Source: Octopus sinensis
Taxonomy: Eukaryota
NCBI RefSeq assembly: GCF_006345805.1
Contig: NW_021836476.1
Coordinates: forward strand, 1-26,850
Direction: 5' to 3'
Length of the DNA stretch: 26,850 nt
Part shown: one piece after another, positions 10,620-22,009 of the stretch
Numbering within the stretch: position 1 is the first letter of the stretch
How the letters are laid out: every line of letters begins with the position of its first letter
Position numbers and translations under genes: made by a program
The notes under the pieces: model-generated
Seen by the model: only the letters and a program-made list of their open reading frames with translations
Told to the model about the DNA's origin: nothing
Databases searched by the model: none

Positions 10620-11227
10620 TGTATAAGTGCTTTTGTGTGCATATGTACGAATGTATATGTGTATTATGTTATAGATATATAAACATATATATATATATAT
10701 GTGTACTATATATATGTATGTATATATGTCTATGTATATATGTATATATTATATATATATATATTATATAATATATATATATTATATATATATAATATAT
10801 ATATATATATATTAATATTATATATTATATATTATATTATATATAGGCAACTGTTTGGCATTTGGTATATTTTTAATTTGTTTCATGTTCACAACATAAT
10901 TAATGTTTTCCTATGCAATGTAACCATAGTCACGCATACACACATAAACAGACACAAAAATTGCAATTATACAGACATGCAAATCACATATTCACAGACA
11001 TACATATATGGACATACTGACATACATGCATGTTTATGTGTGTGCGTGTGTGTGTGTGCATGTACGTTTATATTCCTACACCTATGCATACCTCACAGGT
11101 GTATATATACAATTTGGCATTCTTTTATTCAATTACGTATCAGTTGAATATTGGTATGCTTTTGTATATTTGTGTTTAGTCGTAAGTATACAATGCATAC
11201 ATATATACATATATATGTTTGTGTGTG

Positions 11228-11269
<42 letters not shown>

Positions 11270-11394
11270 CACGTGTATATATATGCATGTATGTATATAT
11301 ATATTACATGTACATATACACACGCATTTAAAGATATATGGATATATAGATATATTTAGATATATAAATGTATATACATTTATATGTATATGTG

Positions 11395-11437
<43 letters not shown>

Positions 11438-11467
11438 AGCATATATATGCATATGTATATATGTATG

Positions 11468-11501
<34 letters not shown>

Positions 11502-11570
11502 TGTATGTATGTATGTATGTATGTATGTATGTATGTATGTATGTATGTACGTATGTATATCTATGTGTGT
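10510..11570. repeat. Degenerate (TA)n/(TG)n field ending in (TATG)n
   Basis: Directly visible. Confidence 0.88.
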
Positions 11571-12017
11571 ATATAAAGACGTTAATAAATATACCTGATT
11601 GCGTGTTCAAACGCGTTAAAGTTAGATATTTAGAATTTATTTGACAAACAGATTTGTTATTTAATTTTCGACTTTTCATTTTATTTCATTATTTATTTAT
11701 TTCCCGACTCAGATGTCAGCCTAAACAAACCAATTGGTTCGTAAATATTTATTCTTGGAGGAATTTTTAAGAAAAAAAAATCTTCGATTTGTAAACATTA
11801 TAAGGTTGCTACGTCATAGGCGGGGGAGGACGGTGCGGGTTTCCATAGGTTAAACAATGTCCTTTCAGCCACCCACGATGCCTTCTTCCAAAAACACCAG
11901 ACGACGATTGCAAATGATATATGAGAAGTACTTGCTTCATTTTCTTCAACAAAGCTAAACCAGGTTCGATCTCAACCTCCAACCGGCTGCTTCATCTGCT
12001 AGAAATTACAGCCAAAT

Positions 12018-12018
12018 T

Positions 12019-12072
<54 letters not shown>

Positions 12073-12081
12073 CTATCTCTG

Positions 12082-12118
<37 letters not shown>

Positions 12119-12127
12119 CTATCTCTG

Positions 12128-12162
<35 letters not shown>

Positions 12163-12200
12163 ATTTCTCTTTCTCACTCTCTTTCTTTCTCTCCCTCTCT
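12018..12200. repeat. (CT)n/(CTAT)n/(CA)n compound microsatellite
   Basis: Directly visible. Confidence 0.93.
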
Positions 12201-12405
12201 CGGATCCTATGTGTTTGGCTGCCAAGGTCAATTTCTGTTCGAATTGATTCCATATTCAGTGTAATGATACACGTTTATAAGCTAATCAATGACATGAAAA
12301 TCATTTTTTACCATAGATCAATAAATAAAGAGAGTTATTAGCAATTAAAGTTCGAAAATTTTGGGTAATTTTAGCCAATCGTAAGCCACAGACACCTTCA
12401 AGCCT

Positions 12406-12419
12406 GTTTCCATAGTAAC
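12406..12419. promoter_or_regulatory. X-box (RFX-type) motif GTTTCCATAGTAAC
   Basis: Exact match to GTHNYYATRRNAAC. CCAAT at 12375-12379. Lies 110 bp upstream of the Merlin-like ATG. Motif only; function untested. Confidence 0.3.
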
Positions 12420-12528
12420 AAGCCGAACATGAGAACTCTTGTCAACGAGAAAGCACATATTGACAAATTTATTGGAACCTCTTGTTGACACTGTGTTCTA
12501 CAGTTTCACCCACCTAGAATTTTTGATT

Positions 12529-12772
12529 ATGGCAGCAAGCTCCGGTAACCTCGCGTCCTTGGTGGAGACGCTGTGAACGGAGGAGGATGTTGTGTCGTAC
12601 CTACAGGAAAATGGTGCTATAGCCAAAGGAAAATGCAAAAGGAAGAAGCGTAAAACGTGGTAGGAATGTGTATTGGCGATGCTGATATCAAGGATGCATG
12701 GAGTCTGTGTCAGCGAGGAAAGAAATACTGTTTGAAAGTGGCAGCCTTCCTCTCAGGGCTAAAAATATTTAA
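12529..12772 (+). pseudogene. Merlin/IS1016 (ISXO2-like, IS1595 family) transposase N-terminal remnant
   Basis: 12529-12660 reads MAASSGNLASLVETL*TEEDVVSYLQENGAIAKGKCKRKKRKTW. After a frameshift, 12659-12772 reads GRNVYWRC*YQGCMESVSARKEILFESGSLPLRAKNI*. This matches the Merlin pattern (EExxxxxLQExG...WRCxxxxCxxxxSxRxxxxFExSxLPL). Both internal stops are TGA where CGA (Arg) would fit. No DDE domain. Confidence 0.72.
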
Positions 12773-13117
12773 ATTGTAATGTAATGTTTATCGCAATGGA
12801 TGCATCTTGAATGCTTAAAACTACGAAAGACGTGCTGTTTACTCGTTTTCTGCGTGTAGAATACGACAAATATTGACATGTGCTATTTTCAGGATGTTGA
12901 CAATGTGCAGTCACGCATAAAATGACAGCCTCCAAGTCCTGTCTCCTGATTGGGTGAAAATCAAGCTTTAAACCTCTATAACTTCATTAAAAAAAATTCT
13001 GGAGAAAGTGAAATAACTCCAGCAATTCATCTTGGAAAACTGCACTGATGTACCAAATTTTAAATTTTCGATAAACTTTCATTTTTGAAACCTTGGTAGT
13101 CAAACAGAAAAGATCCC

Positions 13118-13258
13118 CCTCTCTCTCTCTCTCTCTTATTCTCTTTCACTCACTCTCTCTATCTATCTATCTCCTTCACTCTCGCACTCTCTCTCACTCA
13201 CATACACTCACATGTTCTCACTCTCCCTCTCTCACTCTCTCTCTCTCTCTCTCTCTCT
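13118..13258. repeat. (CT)n/(CTCA)n pyrimidine tract
   Basis: Directly visible. Confidence 0.9.
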
Positions 13259-13448
13259 TCTAAAGTCACACGCTACAACCTTGCTTTGTTTTGTCTTTAA
13301 TAAAAGGATTTACTAGTTACTATAATCCTTGAGTCATTGAGTCATTGCAAGAAACCGGTGTTAGAAATAGCAGCCAAATCTCTCTAAATTTCATCTTGTC
13401 GTCATTAACATATAGTCATATATGTATACATATAGCACGGTGCATATA

Positions 13449-13499
<51 letters not shown>

Positions 13500-13503
13500 T
13501 ATA

Positions 13504-13970
13504 GGCGTGGTGTGTGGTAAGTAGCTTGCTTACCAACTGCATGGTTCCGGGCTCAGTCCCACTTGCGTGGCACCTTGGGCAAGTGTCTTCTACTATAGCC
13601 TAGCGCCGACCAAAGCTTTGTGAGTGGATTTGGTAGACGGAATCTGAAAGAAAGAAGCCCGTTGTATATGCGTGTCTGTTGTGTGTGGTGTGTGTGTGTA
13701 GTGTGTGTGTGTGGTGTGGTGTGGTATTGTGTGTGTTGTGTGTGTGTGGTGTGTGTGTGTGTGTGTGTGTCTGGTGTTGTCCATCTCAACATCGCTTGAC
13801 AGCGATACTGGTGTGTTTACGACCCCATAATTTAGCGGTTCAGCAAAAGAAACGAATAGGATAGAACTGGACTTACAAAGATAAGTCCTGAGATGGATTT
13901 GCTCGACTAAAGCGTGCTCCAGCATAGCCACAGTCAAATGACTGAAACAAGTAAAAGAGTAGAGTAAGAG
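13504..13970 (+). mobile_element. SINE family A, full length
   Basis: GGCGTGGTGTGTGGTAAGTAGC head, GGGCTCAGTCCC B box, CACCTTGGGCAAGTG, internal (TG)n tract, AAGAGTAGAGTAAGAG tail. (TA)n on both flanks. Confidence 0.9.
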
Positions 13971-13997
13971 TGTGTATTATATATATATATATATATA

Positions 13998-14375
13998 TAG
14001 CAGTATCGCCGGCGTGCCTCAGGTTTGTAAGGGAAATAAATATAAAGCATTTTTAGAGAGTTTAGCAAAAGATATCAAAAAAAAATGGAAAAAAATTATG
14101 GTATGTTTTTTGGAGTAAAAAAAGGTGGAGTTGCGTCCCCTAGACAGTCTGTGGTTTGTGTTTGATTCCGACCCCATGTCAAATTTATCGATTTTTTTCA
14201 GAACTGGGGGAACTTTTCAAAATTTTCGCTCGTTAGTTTGAATTATGACATTGGGCTAGTGTGTGTCAAGTTTCATCAGAATCGGGTTGTGAAAGCCGTG
14301 GCCAGGGTTGAGGGTACAAGCACCAGACACACAGAAACACAGACAGACAAACTGCCGTTTATATATAGAGAGGAT
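13998..14375 (+). mobile_element. Helentron-associated / HINE (DINE-1-like) non-autonomous element
   Basis: Starts TAGCAGTATCGCCGGCGTGCCTCAGG (degenerate GC-rich subterminal hairpin). Contains AAGTTTCATCAGAATCGG and a short CA/GACA tract, and ends TTTATATATAGAGAGGAT. This layout is typical of HINE/DINE-1-like elements. Inserted in (TA)n. Confidence 0.55.
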
Positions 14376-14399
14376 ATATATATACAGGCAGAACACAGA

Positions 14400-15850
14400 C
14401 ATACATAATTATAAACATACATACATTACATACGTACATAATACATACATACATACATACATACATACATACGTGCATACATACATACATGCGTACATGT
14501 AAACATATTAACATACATATGTATGCCTACAAATATATCTATGTATAAAAATATATAAGCATGCAGATGTAAGTTTGCAAAGGTGTGTATGTAAGTATAT
14601 ATGTGTGTACGAGTGTGTGTGGTGTGTGTGTTTGCGCAGAAGTACACACACACACATCTACACACATTCATACACAAGAGCTTTCACCTTTAAGTAGGTA
14701 ACTAGCAATTTCACCGATTCCTTTATTTATCGTAATTCAACGTCTGTTCTTCACATGCGACACATTTTTCAGACTATTTAACTCGTCTCGATTTTTTCAT
14801 TAATTTTAAAATTACTCTTCACATCGTTTAGCATTAGCTGAAGGGAGATACATTGGTTTTAAGAATGTCTGGATTGATGTGTGGTGTGAGGGATCGAAGG
14901 GGTCTGCAGTTGTGTGTAGAGAATTTTTTTTATTATTTCTCAATAAAATTTGTATGTGTACACATGTATGTATGTATGAATGTGTATGTATGTATGTATG
15001 TATGTATGTATGTATGTATGTATGTATGTATGTATGTGTGAATGTGTGAATGTATGTATCTATGATGATGGATGGATGGTGTATGTATGTTTGTATGTAG
15101 TAGGTATGTATGTAGGTGTATGTTGTATGGTATGTAGGTGTGAATGTATGTATGTATGTATGTATGTGTTGTGAATGTATGTATATATGAAGTGTGAATG
15201 TATGTATGTATGAATGTTGATGGATGGTGTATATGTATGTTGTGTAGTATGTATGTATGTATGTATGTATGTATGTATGTATTGATGTAGGTATGTATGT
15301 ATGTATGTAGTATGTATGAATGTGTGAATGGTGTATGTATGTATGTAGTATGTATGCATGTTGTATGTAGTATGAATGATGTATGAATGGATGTATGTAT
15401 GTATGTATGTATGTATGCATGTATGTATGTATGTATGTATGAACGTGTGAATGTATGTATGTATGAATGTATGGATGGTGTATATGTATGTATGTATGTA
15501 TGTATGCATGTATGTGTATGTGTGTATATATATAGATACACAAAGTACTTCAGATGTTAAATAGTGTATACATTATATATACATATATATACAATGTGTG
15601 TATGCATACCTATATAATCATTCATACCTGTATATATGTGTGTGCATGTAGTATGTTTATATGTATGTATATATATAGATATATGTATATATGTGTATAT
15701 ATATGCATGTATATATATGTACCCATATATGCATATATATATATATTTATATATGCCTACGTACGTGTGTGTATGTATATATATTTTTGCGTGTGTGTTT
15801 GTGTGTGCATATATTATATATATATATATATTATATATATATATATATAT
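14400..15850. repeat. (TACA)n, long degenerate (TATG)n and (TA)n fields, interrupted by ~270 bp of unique sequence at ~14680-14950
   Basis: Directly visible. Accounts for the H/T/Y/I-rich ORFs. Confidence 0.9.
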
Positions 15851-16094
15851 AAGTTCAGTAAAAATTTATTCAGTTGATTATGGCACTTAAGTTAAAGGTA
15901 CCAGAATTTAGTATGGTATTATTCATATAATTCAAAATGGTGTGATTATAATCAAAATAAGCAAAAAGGATATCCAGAGGTAATGCTGTACGATCGTTTC
16001 ATGCGACTCCATTTAGTTGAACAAGGCAAATATTACATCAATTTTAAAATGTAGAGCAATCTTCAGCTGCATAAAAATATAGAATATATAGAAT

Positions 16095-16310
16095 ATATAT
16101 AAACATCCACCTCTATTAATTTCTCCAGTGTCCTTGCTTGGTTTTGGGGGCCATTCTTCTTGATGTGGCCCGATTCCAGGCACAGGTGACACTTGGAGGG
16201 GGCGTCCCTCAAGAGTCACCGCATACCTAGAACCGGCCATCTTTAGAAAATCTGGGAAAACCAGATCTTTGGCTAATTGGGTCCATGGGGTCAAAATTGG
16301 TTTGATTACA
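16095..16310 (-). pseudogene. L1/Tx1-type LINE ORF1 (gag-like) fragment with a CCHC zinc knuckle
   Basis: VIKPILTPWTQLAKDLVFPDFLKMAGSRYAVTLEGRP, then one extra C in the C5 run at ~16198-16202, then SKCHLCLESGHIKKNGPQNQARTLEK. This is CX2CX4HX4(C>G) at 16191-16150, preceded by the VxxxGxP motif typical of L1/Tx1 ORF1. Confidence 0.65.
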
Positions 16311-16520
16311 TACACACATGTATGCGTATATTATCTGTATGTATATGATATATATATATGTGTGTGTTGTGTGTGTGTGTATCATGCATATATATAGATA
16401 TTTATATATATATACATATATATATATAATATTATATTTATACATATATATACATATACATATATATATACATATAGAATAATATAACATATATATATAG
16501 ATATCTATTAATATATATAT

Positions 16521-16552
<32 letters not shown>

Positions 16553-17000
16553 ATATCATATACTACCGATAATATACGCATACATGTGTGTATGTAATCA
16601 TTCATCGGATTGTACCTGGCATTATGACATTAGGTTACCTATGTATACGATAATATTAAATTCTATCGCTCGTGCGAATTTTGAAGGAATTACCTGTCCG
16701 CTTTATTGCGGAGGTGAGATACGGTGAGGTTACAATTAATTCTGAACACCAATAGCTCAAGGAACAGTTCCTATTTCCTTGATAGTTCAAATATTAGCGT
16801 TTCAAAATGGAGGAGCGGATTCCGGCTGGCGGCATTTTGTAGAACTTGCTACTTACCAACCACGTTTGAAAGGACAGCGGTATATTAATTTAAAAAAGAA
16901 AAGAGTTCCTTGTATACACATAAACGTTAAGTTATATAGGTGTAGGTTTATATCTATTTATGCGTGTGAGTGTGTGTGTGTATGGCTATATATATATATT

Positions 17001-17034
<34 letters not shown>

Positions 17035-17162
17035 AACGCATAAATAGATATAAACACACACTTATTTAACTTGACGTATGTACGTATATATGCATGTATG
17101 GGTATATGCATACATGCATATATATTTCTATGCATGTATACATATATACACATGTACGTATA

Positions 17163-17198
<36 letters not shown>

Positions 17199-17410
17199 TA
17201 CACCTACCATACATACATACATACATGTGCATGTAAGTGTGTGTATGAATGAGTTTGAATACTATATGTGTGTATGTATGCATATATACATGCATGCTTG
17301 TATGTATGATTTATATTTGTATACATACATAGTGATACACACACATACGCACGCACACACACACACTCACATACGTGTGTGTGTATGTATTCATATATAC
17401 TTACCTCTAT
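16310..17410. repeat. (TA)n/(TG)n/(CA)n fields, with ~330 bp of unique sequence at ~16600-16930
   Basis: Directly visible. Confidence 0.85.
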
Positions 17411-17644
17411 ATACCTACCTAACCTTCAATAACCATAAGACAATGTCTGTGAGGGAAGACATTCTTTGGATTTTTTTATTTCTCAAGGTTGGCTTGTTGC
17501 TACCTGAAGAACGTCTTTAATTTTATTCGTTTTAGTTGCATGTCTTCCGGGTCCCAGGAGGGGCTGAAACAATAAACCTCTTAAACTATGGAAACATAAT
17601 TACTGAAATCGAATTATTGAAATATAATTTACCGTTACTATGGA

Positions 17645-17682
17645 TGCATAGATAAGATACAGAGAGAGGTGAGTAGATAGAC

Positions 17683-17716
<34 letters not shown>

Positions 17717-17731
17717 GGCTGATAGATAGAC

Positions 17732-17789
<58 letters not shown>

Positions 17790-17803
17790 GCAGGCAGGTA
17801 GGC

Positions 17804-17834
<31 letters not shown>

Positions 17835-17849
17835 TAGATAGATAGATCC

Positions 17850-17891
<42 letters not shown>

Positions 17892-18060
17892 GACGAAGAC
17901 AGACAGGCAGACAGGCAGGCAGGTAGGCAGGTAGGCAGACAGACAGACATACAGACAGATAGATAGATAGATAGATAGTCGATAATAGATAGATAGATAG
18001 AAAATGATAGATAGATAGATTATAGTAATAGATAGAAGATGCGTACATATATGTAACGAT
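17645..18060 (+). repeat. (GACA)n/(GATA)n/(GGCA)n array
   Basis: Directly visible. Confidence 0.95.
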
Positions 18061-18330
18061 ATATAAATATGTGTATGCGTGTGCGTGTGCGTATATGCAT
18101 TTGTATATGTGTGTGTAAGTGTCATGCAGTGTATGTGTGCGTGTCTTTATTTTATTGTCTGGTTTTATTTTCAAATTACTCGCCAACAGACAAAGAGCTG
18201 TTTCCTAGTCCAAAACCAAAACTCTTTTATTGGGGTGTAGACATCAGTTTGATAGTTATGTGTCATGGTTGGGTGGATGGATGGATCGATCGATCGATGT
18301 TACTATTTGCGTATTTTTATAGATAGTGAA

Positions 18331-18400
18331 GGTGTATGTCCAAGTGGTTTGAATGTTGGTCTCCCGATGGCGACATCATGATTTCAATTCCCAGACAGAA
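18331..18400 (+). mobile_element. Decayed tRNA-derived head of an older SINE
   Basis: A-box-like TGTCCAAGTGG (18337-18347) and B-box-like ATTTCAATTCC (18381-18391) at tRNA-like spacing, immediately before a family A copy. Confidence 0.4.
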
Positions 18401-18402
18401 CT

Positions 18403-18816
18403 GGAGTGGCTGCGTGGTAAGTAGCTTGCTTACTAACCACATGGTTCTGGGTTCATTCCCACTGCGTGGCACCTTGGGCAAGTGTCTTCTACTATAATCT
18501 CGAGCCGACCAAAGCCTTGTGAGTGGATTTGGTAGACAGAAACTGAAAGAAGCCTGTCGTATATATGTATATATGTGTATGTATGTATGTGTGTGTTATA
18601 TGTTTGTGTGTCTGTGTTTGTCCCCACAACATCGCTTGACAACCGATGCTGGTGTCTTTACGCCCACGTAACTTAGCGGTTTGGCAAAAGAGGCCGATAG
18701 AGTAAGTACTAGGCTTACAAAGGATATGTCCTGGGGTCGATTTGCTCGACTAAAGGCGGTGCTCCAGCATGGCCACAGTCAAAATGACTGAAGCAAGTGG
18801 AAGAGTAAAAGAGTAA
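18403..18816 (+). mobile_element. SINE family A, full length
   Basis: TGGCTGCGTGG A box, GGGTTCATTCCC B box, CACCTTGGGCAAGTG, internal TA/TG tract, AAGAGTAAAAGAGTAAG tail. Confidence 0.9.
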
Positions 18817-18840
18817 GACACTTCACTTCACGCTGCTCTT

Positions 18841-19035
18841 ACATCAGTTTGACATAATTAACCCCCCACCCCACCCCAGACCTATAACCAAAGTGCATTC
18901 CAGTCATGACCTTCCCATCTTTTTACTAGTCTGTATCACTAAATTATCTACATGTATCTTGGTATCTTGCCCTTCTTTCTGTAAGATACAGAGCGTGATA
19001 TGAAACCAGATTTGGCTGCTACCTCTGGACCAAGT
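18841..19035 (+). mobile_element. Unclassified interspersed repeat fragment carrying GATTTGGCTGCTA
   Basis: GATTTGGCTGCTA (19009-19021) recurs as an exact reverse complement at 13368-13380 and as a near match at 11997-12020. Boundaries are uncertain. Confidence 0.35.
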
Positions 19036-19447
19036 TTCTATCCAGTTGATGTAATATTTGCGCTCTTCAGAAATTTTCCGTGAAGTCTTGGAATGGTATT
19101 TGATGGGACGGAATTTACTGCCGGTTTTGCTTTGATATTGCGGTTGTTCTTTGTTTTTTTTATCAGTTTTTTTTTTTGCTAATGTTTTTTATTTTGTTAA
19201 ATTTTTTATTTGTTTTTATGGATGCAAATATATTTGCAATGAGCCAAGTTGACGTGTGGCCACTCGACTTGGCCCTGGGAAACCAACTGATGCGATTGTT
19301 GATATTAGATCATTGCCGTGTTTGACTGGTTCCGAGGGTATTAAACTCGCAAATACATATACATACATATGGGTACGCACATACACACGCGCACGGGCAC
19401 GTGTGTGCATATATGTATGTATGTATGTGTGTGTGGGTGCGTCTGTA

Positions 19448-20124
19448 TGCTGCTTGTGCATGCTTCTGTCAGTGTGTGTGTATGTACGTCTGTATGTCTG
19501 TATATATTTGTATAATTATGCGTGGTCATATGTATGCATAACATATACATGTACGTAAGTGTGTACCCTATAAATATGCATATATGTACGTATGTGTGTA
19601 TCTATATGTTGTATAAATTTGATACTATATATGTGTGTACGTGTGTATAATATATATATATATATATATATTATATATAATATATATATTATATATATAT
19701 AAATTTAATGCATATATATGTACGTGTGTATCTATATGTATGTATAAATTTGATACTTATATATGTGTGCACGTGTGTATATATATATATATATAAATTT
19801 AATGATATATGTGAGCGTGTGTATCTATATGTAGTATAAATTTAATGCATATATGTGGCACGTGTATATATATAATATATAATATATATTATAAATTTAA
19901 TGCATATATGTGCACGTGTATATATAAATATAAACATATATATATACACGTGCACATATATGCATTAAATGTATACATACATCTAGATACACACGTACGT
20001 ACATATATACACTTACGTACATGTATATATTATACATACATACGAGCACGCATACATATAGAAATATATACAGACATACAGACGAACATACACACACACA
20101 CTGACAGAAGTATGCAAAGCAGCA
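19448..20124. repeat. Diverged fold-back inverted duplication with internal tandem units
   Basis: Inverted pairs: 19448-19509/20062-20124 (2 substitutions, 2 indels), 19543-19561/20010-20028 (19/19), 19890-19920/19945-19975 (30/31). Centre at ~19932. Confidence 0.85.
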
Positions 20125-20199
20125 CACACGCTCGCACGCAAACACATACAGATATACAGAACAAACACCCCACCGTACACGTATAATACCCAAACAGAC

Positions 20200-21200
20200 A
20201 TCATACCCACGGGTGCATGCGCATACACATACGCACAGATATTCACACTCTTAAACTATAAACACGGGTACACATCCGCATACAACACATTATGCACACT
20301 GCACGTACAACATACAAACACTCACATACACAAACACACACATACACACACATACATACACACACATACATACACACACATACATACATACAAACATACA
20401 TACATACATACAAACACACACATACATACACACACATACATACACACACATACATACACACATACATACACACACATACATACACACTACATACACACAC
20501 ATAAATACACCATAAAAAACACAAACTACACACATACATACCACACATACATACACACACATATACACATACATACACACACATACATACACACATACAT
20601 ACACACCATACTACACACATACATACACACACACACACTACATACATACAAACATACATACATACATACAAACACACACATACACACACACACATATATA
20701 CGCACATTGTATTATACAGACATACCACATATACCCAGACACACCAATACTTACATAAATAAACACTTACAAATTAACAAGCACACACGCATACACAAAC
20801 ACACTCAGATACACAAACACATACACAGCTAACACACACGGGCACGCACACACCCGGGCGTAACAAATACATAAACACATACTTTATATACACACCTTGC
20901 ACAAACATACATACACACTGATACACAAACACATAAATAAATACATAGAATACACACACACAATTACACACAATCAGATAAGCAAACACGCACACAGAGA
21001 ATGCGTTCCACACTAACCCAGATACACAAATATACACATATATACACATACGTAGTATACATACACAACACCACACGTACAAAAAAAACACACACACACA
21101 CACAAATGCACAAACGCATACATCACATAACACGTATTATACATACACCCTCCACACCTACATACATGAACGTAAGAAAAAGTCAGATTACATGAGTAGA
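20200..21200. repeat. Degenerate (CA)n/(CATA)n field
   Basis: Directly visible. Confidence 0.9.
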
Positions 21201-21362
21201 AATGAATTTAAGTTGACATTGTCGGAAGATATAAACATTCAAGATTTCAAAATGGGAAAATACCACCAATGGGTATAGATACGTATGGCTCGGGGGGGCG
21301 GGGGTCATACAAACACGTACACACATACGCACAAAAACGAACGCAACAGACACACCACACAA

Positions 21363-21395
<33 letters not shown>

Positions 21396-21459
21396 GGTAC
21401 GCACATATAAACACATGTACGTCTTTGTACGTATCTGTATGAATACAGATGCGAACATA

Positions 21460-21720
<261 letters not shown>

Positions 21721-21834
21721 TTCTAGAAAGATCAAGGAATCTAGATAGATCAAGAAAACAAAAGGAAGGAGAAACGAGATAAAGAAATTCCCGTTTCTGA
21801 GTTCATGATTTGAAACTAAATAAACGAATAGTAT

Positions 21835-21925
21835 TCTTTATTACGTACCTTTATGTTCTGAGTTCAAACTCCGTCAAAGTCGAATATATTTTCCATCTTC
21901 TCGAAGTCAACAAAATAAAGTTCCT
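21835..21925 (+). mobile_element. SINE family B fragment with a B box
   Basis: TTATGTTCTGAGTTCAAACTCCGTCAAAGTCGA...AAAATAAAG. The B-box-like GAGTTCAAACTCC is present, and the segment is colinear with 5470-5520. Confidence 0.5.
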
Positions 21926-22009
21926 GTCTGTAGTCGATTTAATATTCTTATAAAAAAAAAAGTTCCTTGGGGTTGAAATTTATTCGATTATTAAAACTTA
22001 ACGGACAAG

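Noticed and set aside
15981-16010. Right half of a hammerhead on the minus strand (ATG-GAGTCG-CAT GAAA CGATCG TA)
   Set aside because: No CUGANGA-like core and no stem I pairing. Mentioned only as a partial case.
17504-17515. CTGAAGAACGTC, resembling a hammerhead with stem II deleted
   Set aside because: The flanks do not form stem I, so it cannot be told apart from chance.
19030-19160. Minus-strand peptide KFRPIKYHSKTSRKISEERKYYIN, loosely like a GIY-YIG C-terminus
   Set aside because: Lacks the diagnostic upstream His and downstream LN residues. Too weak.
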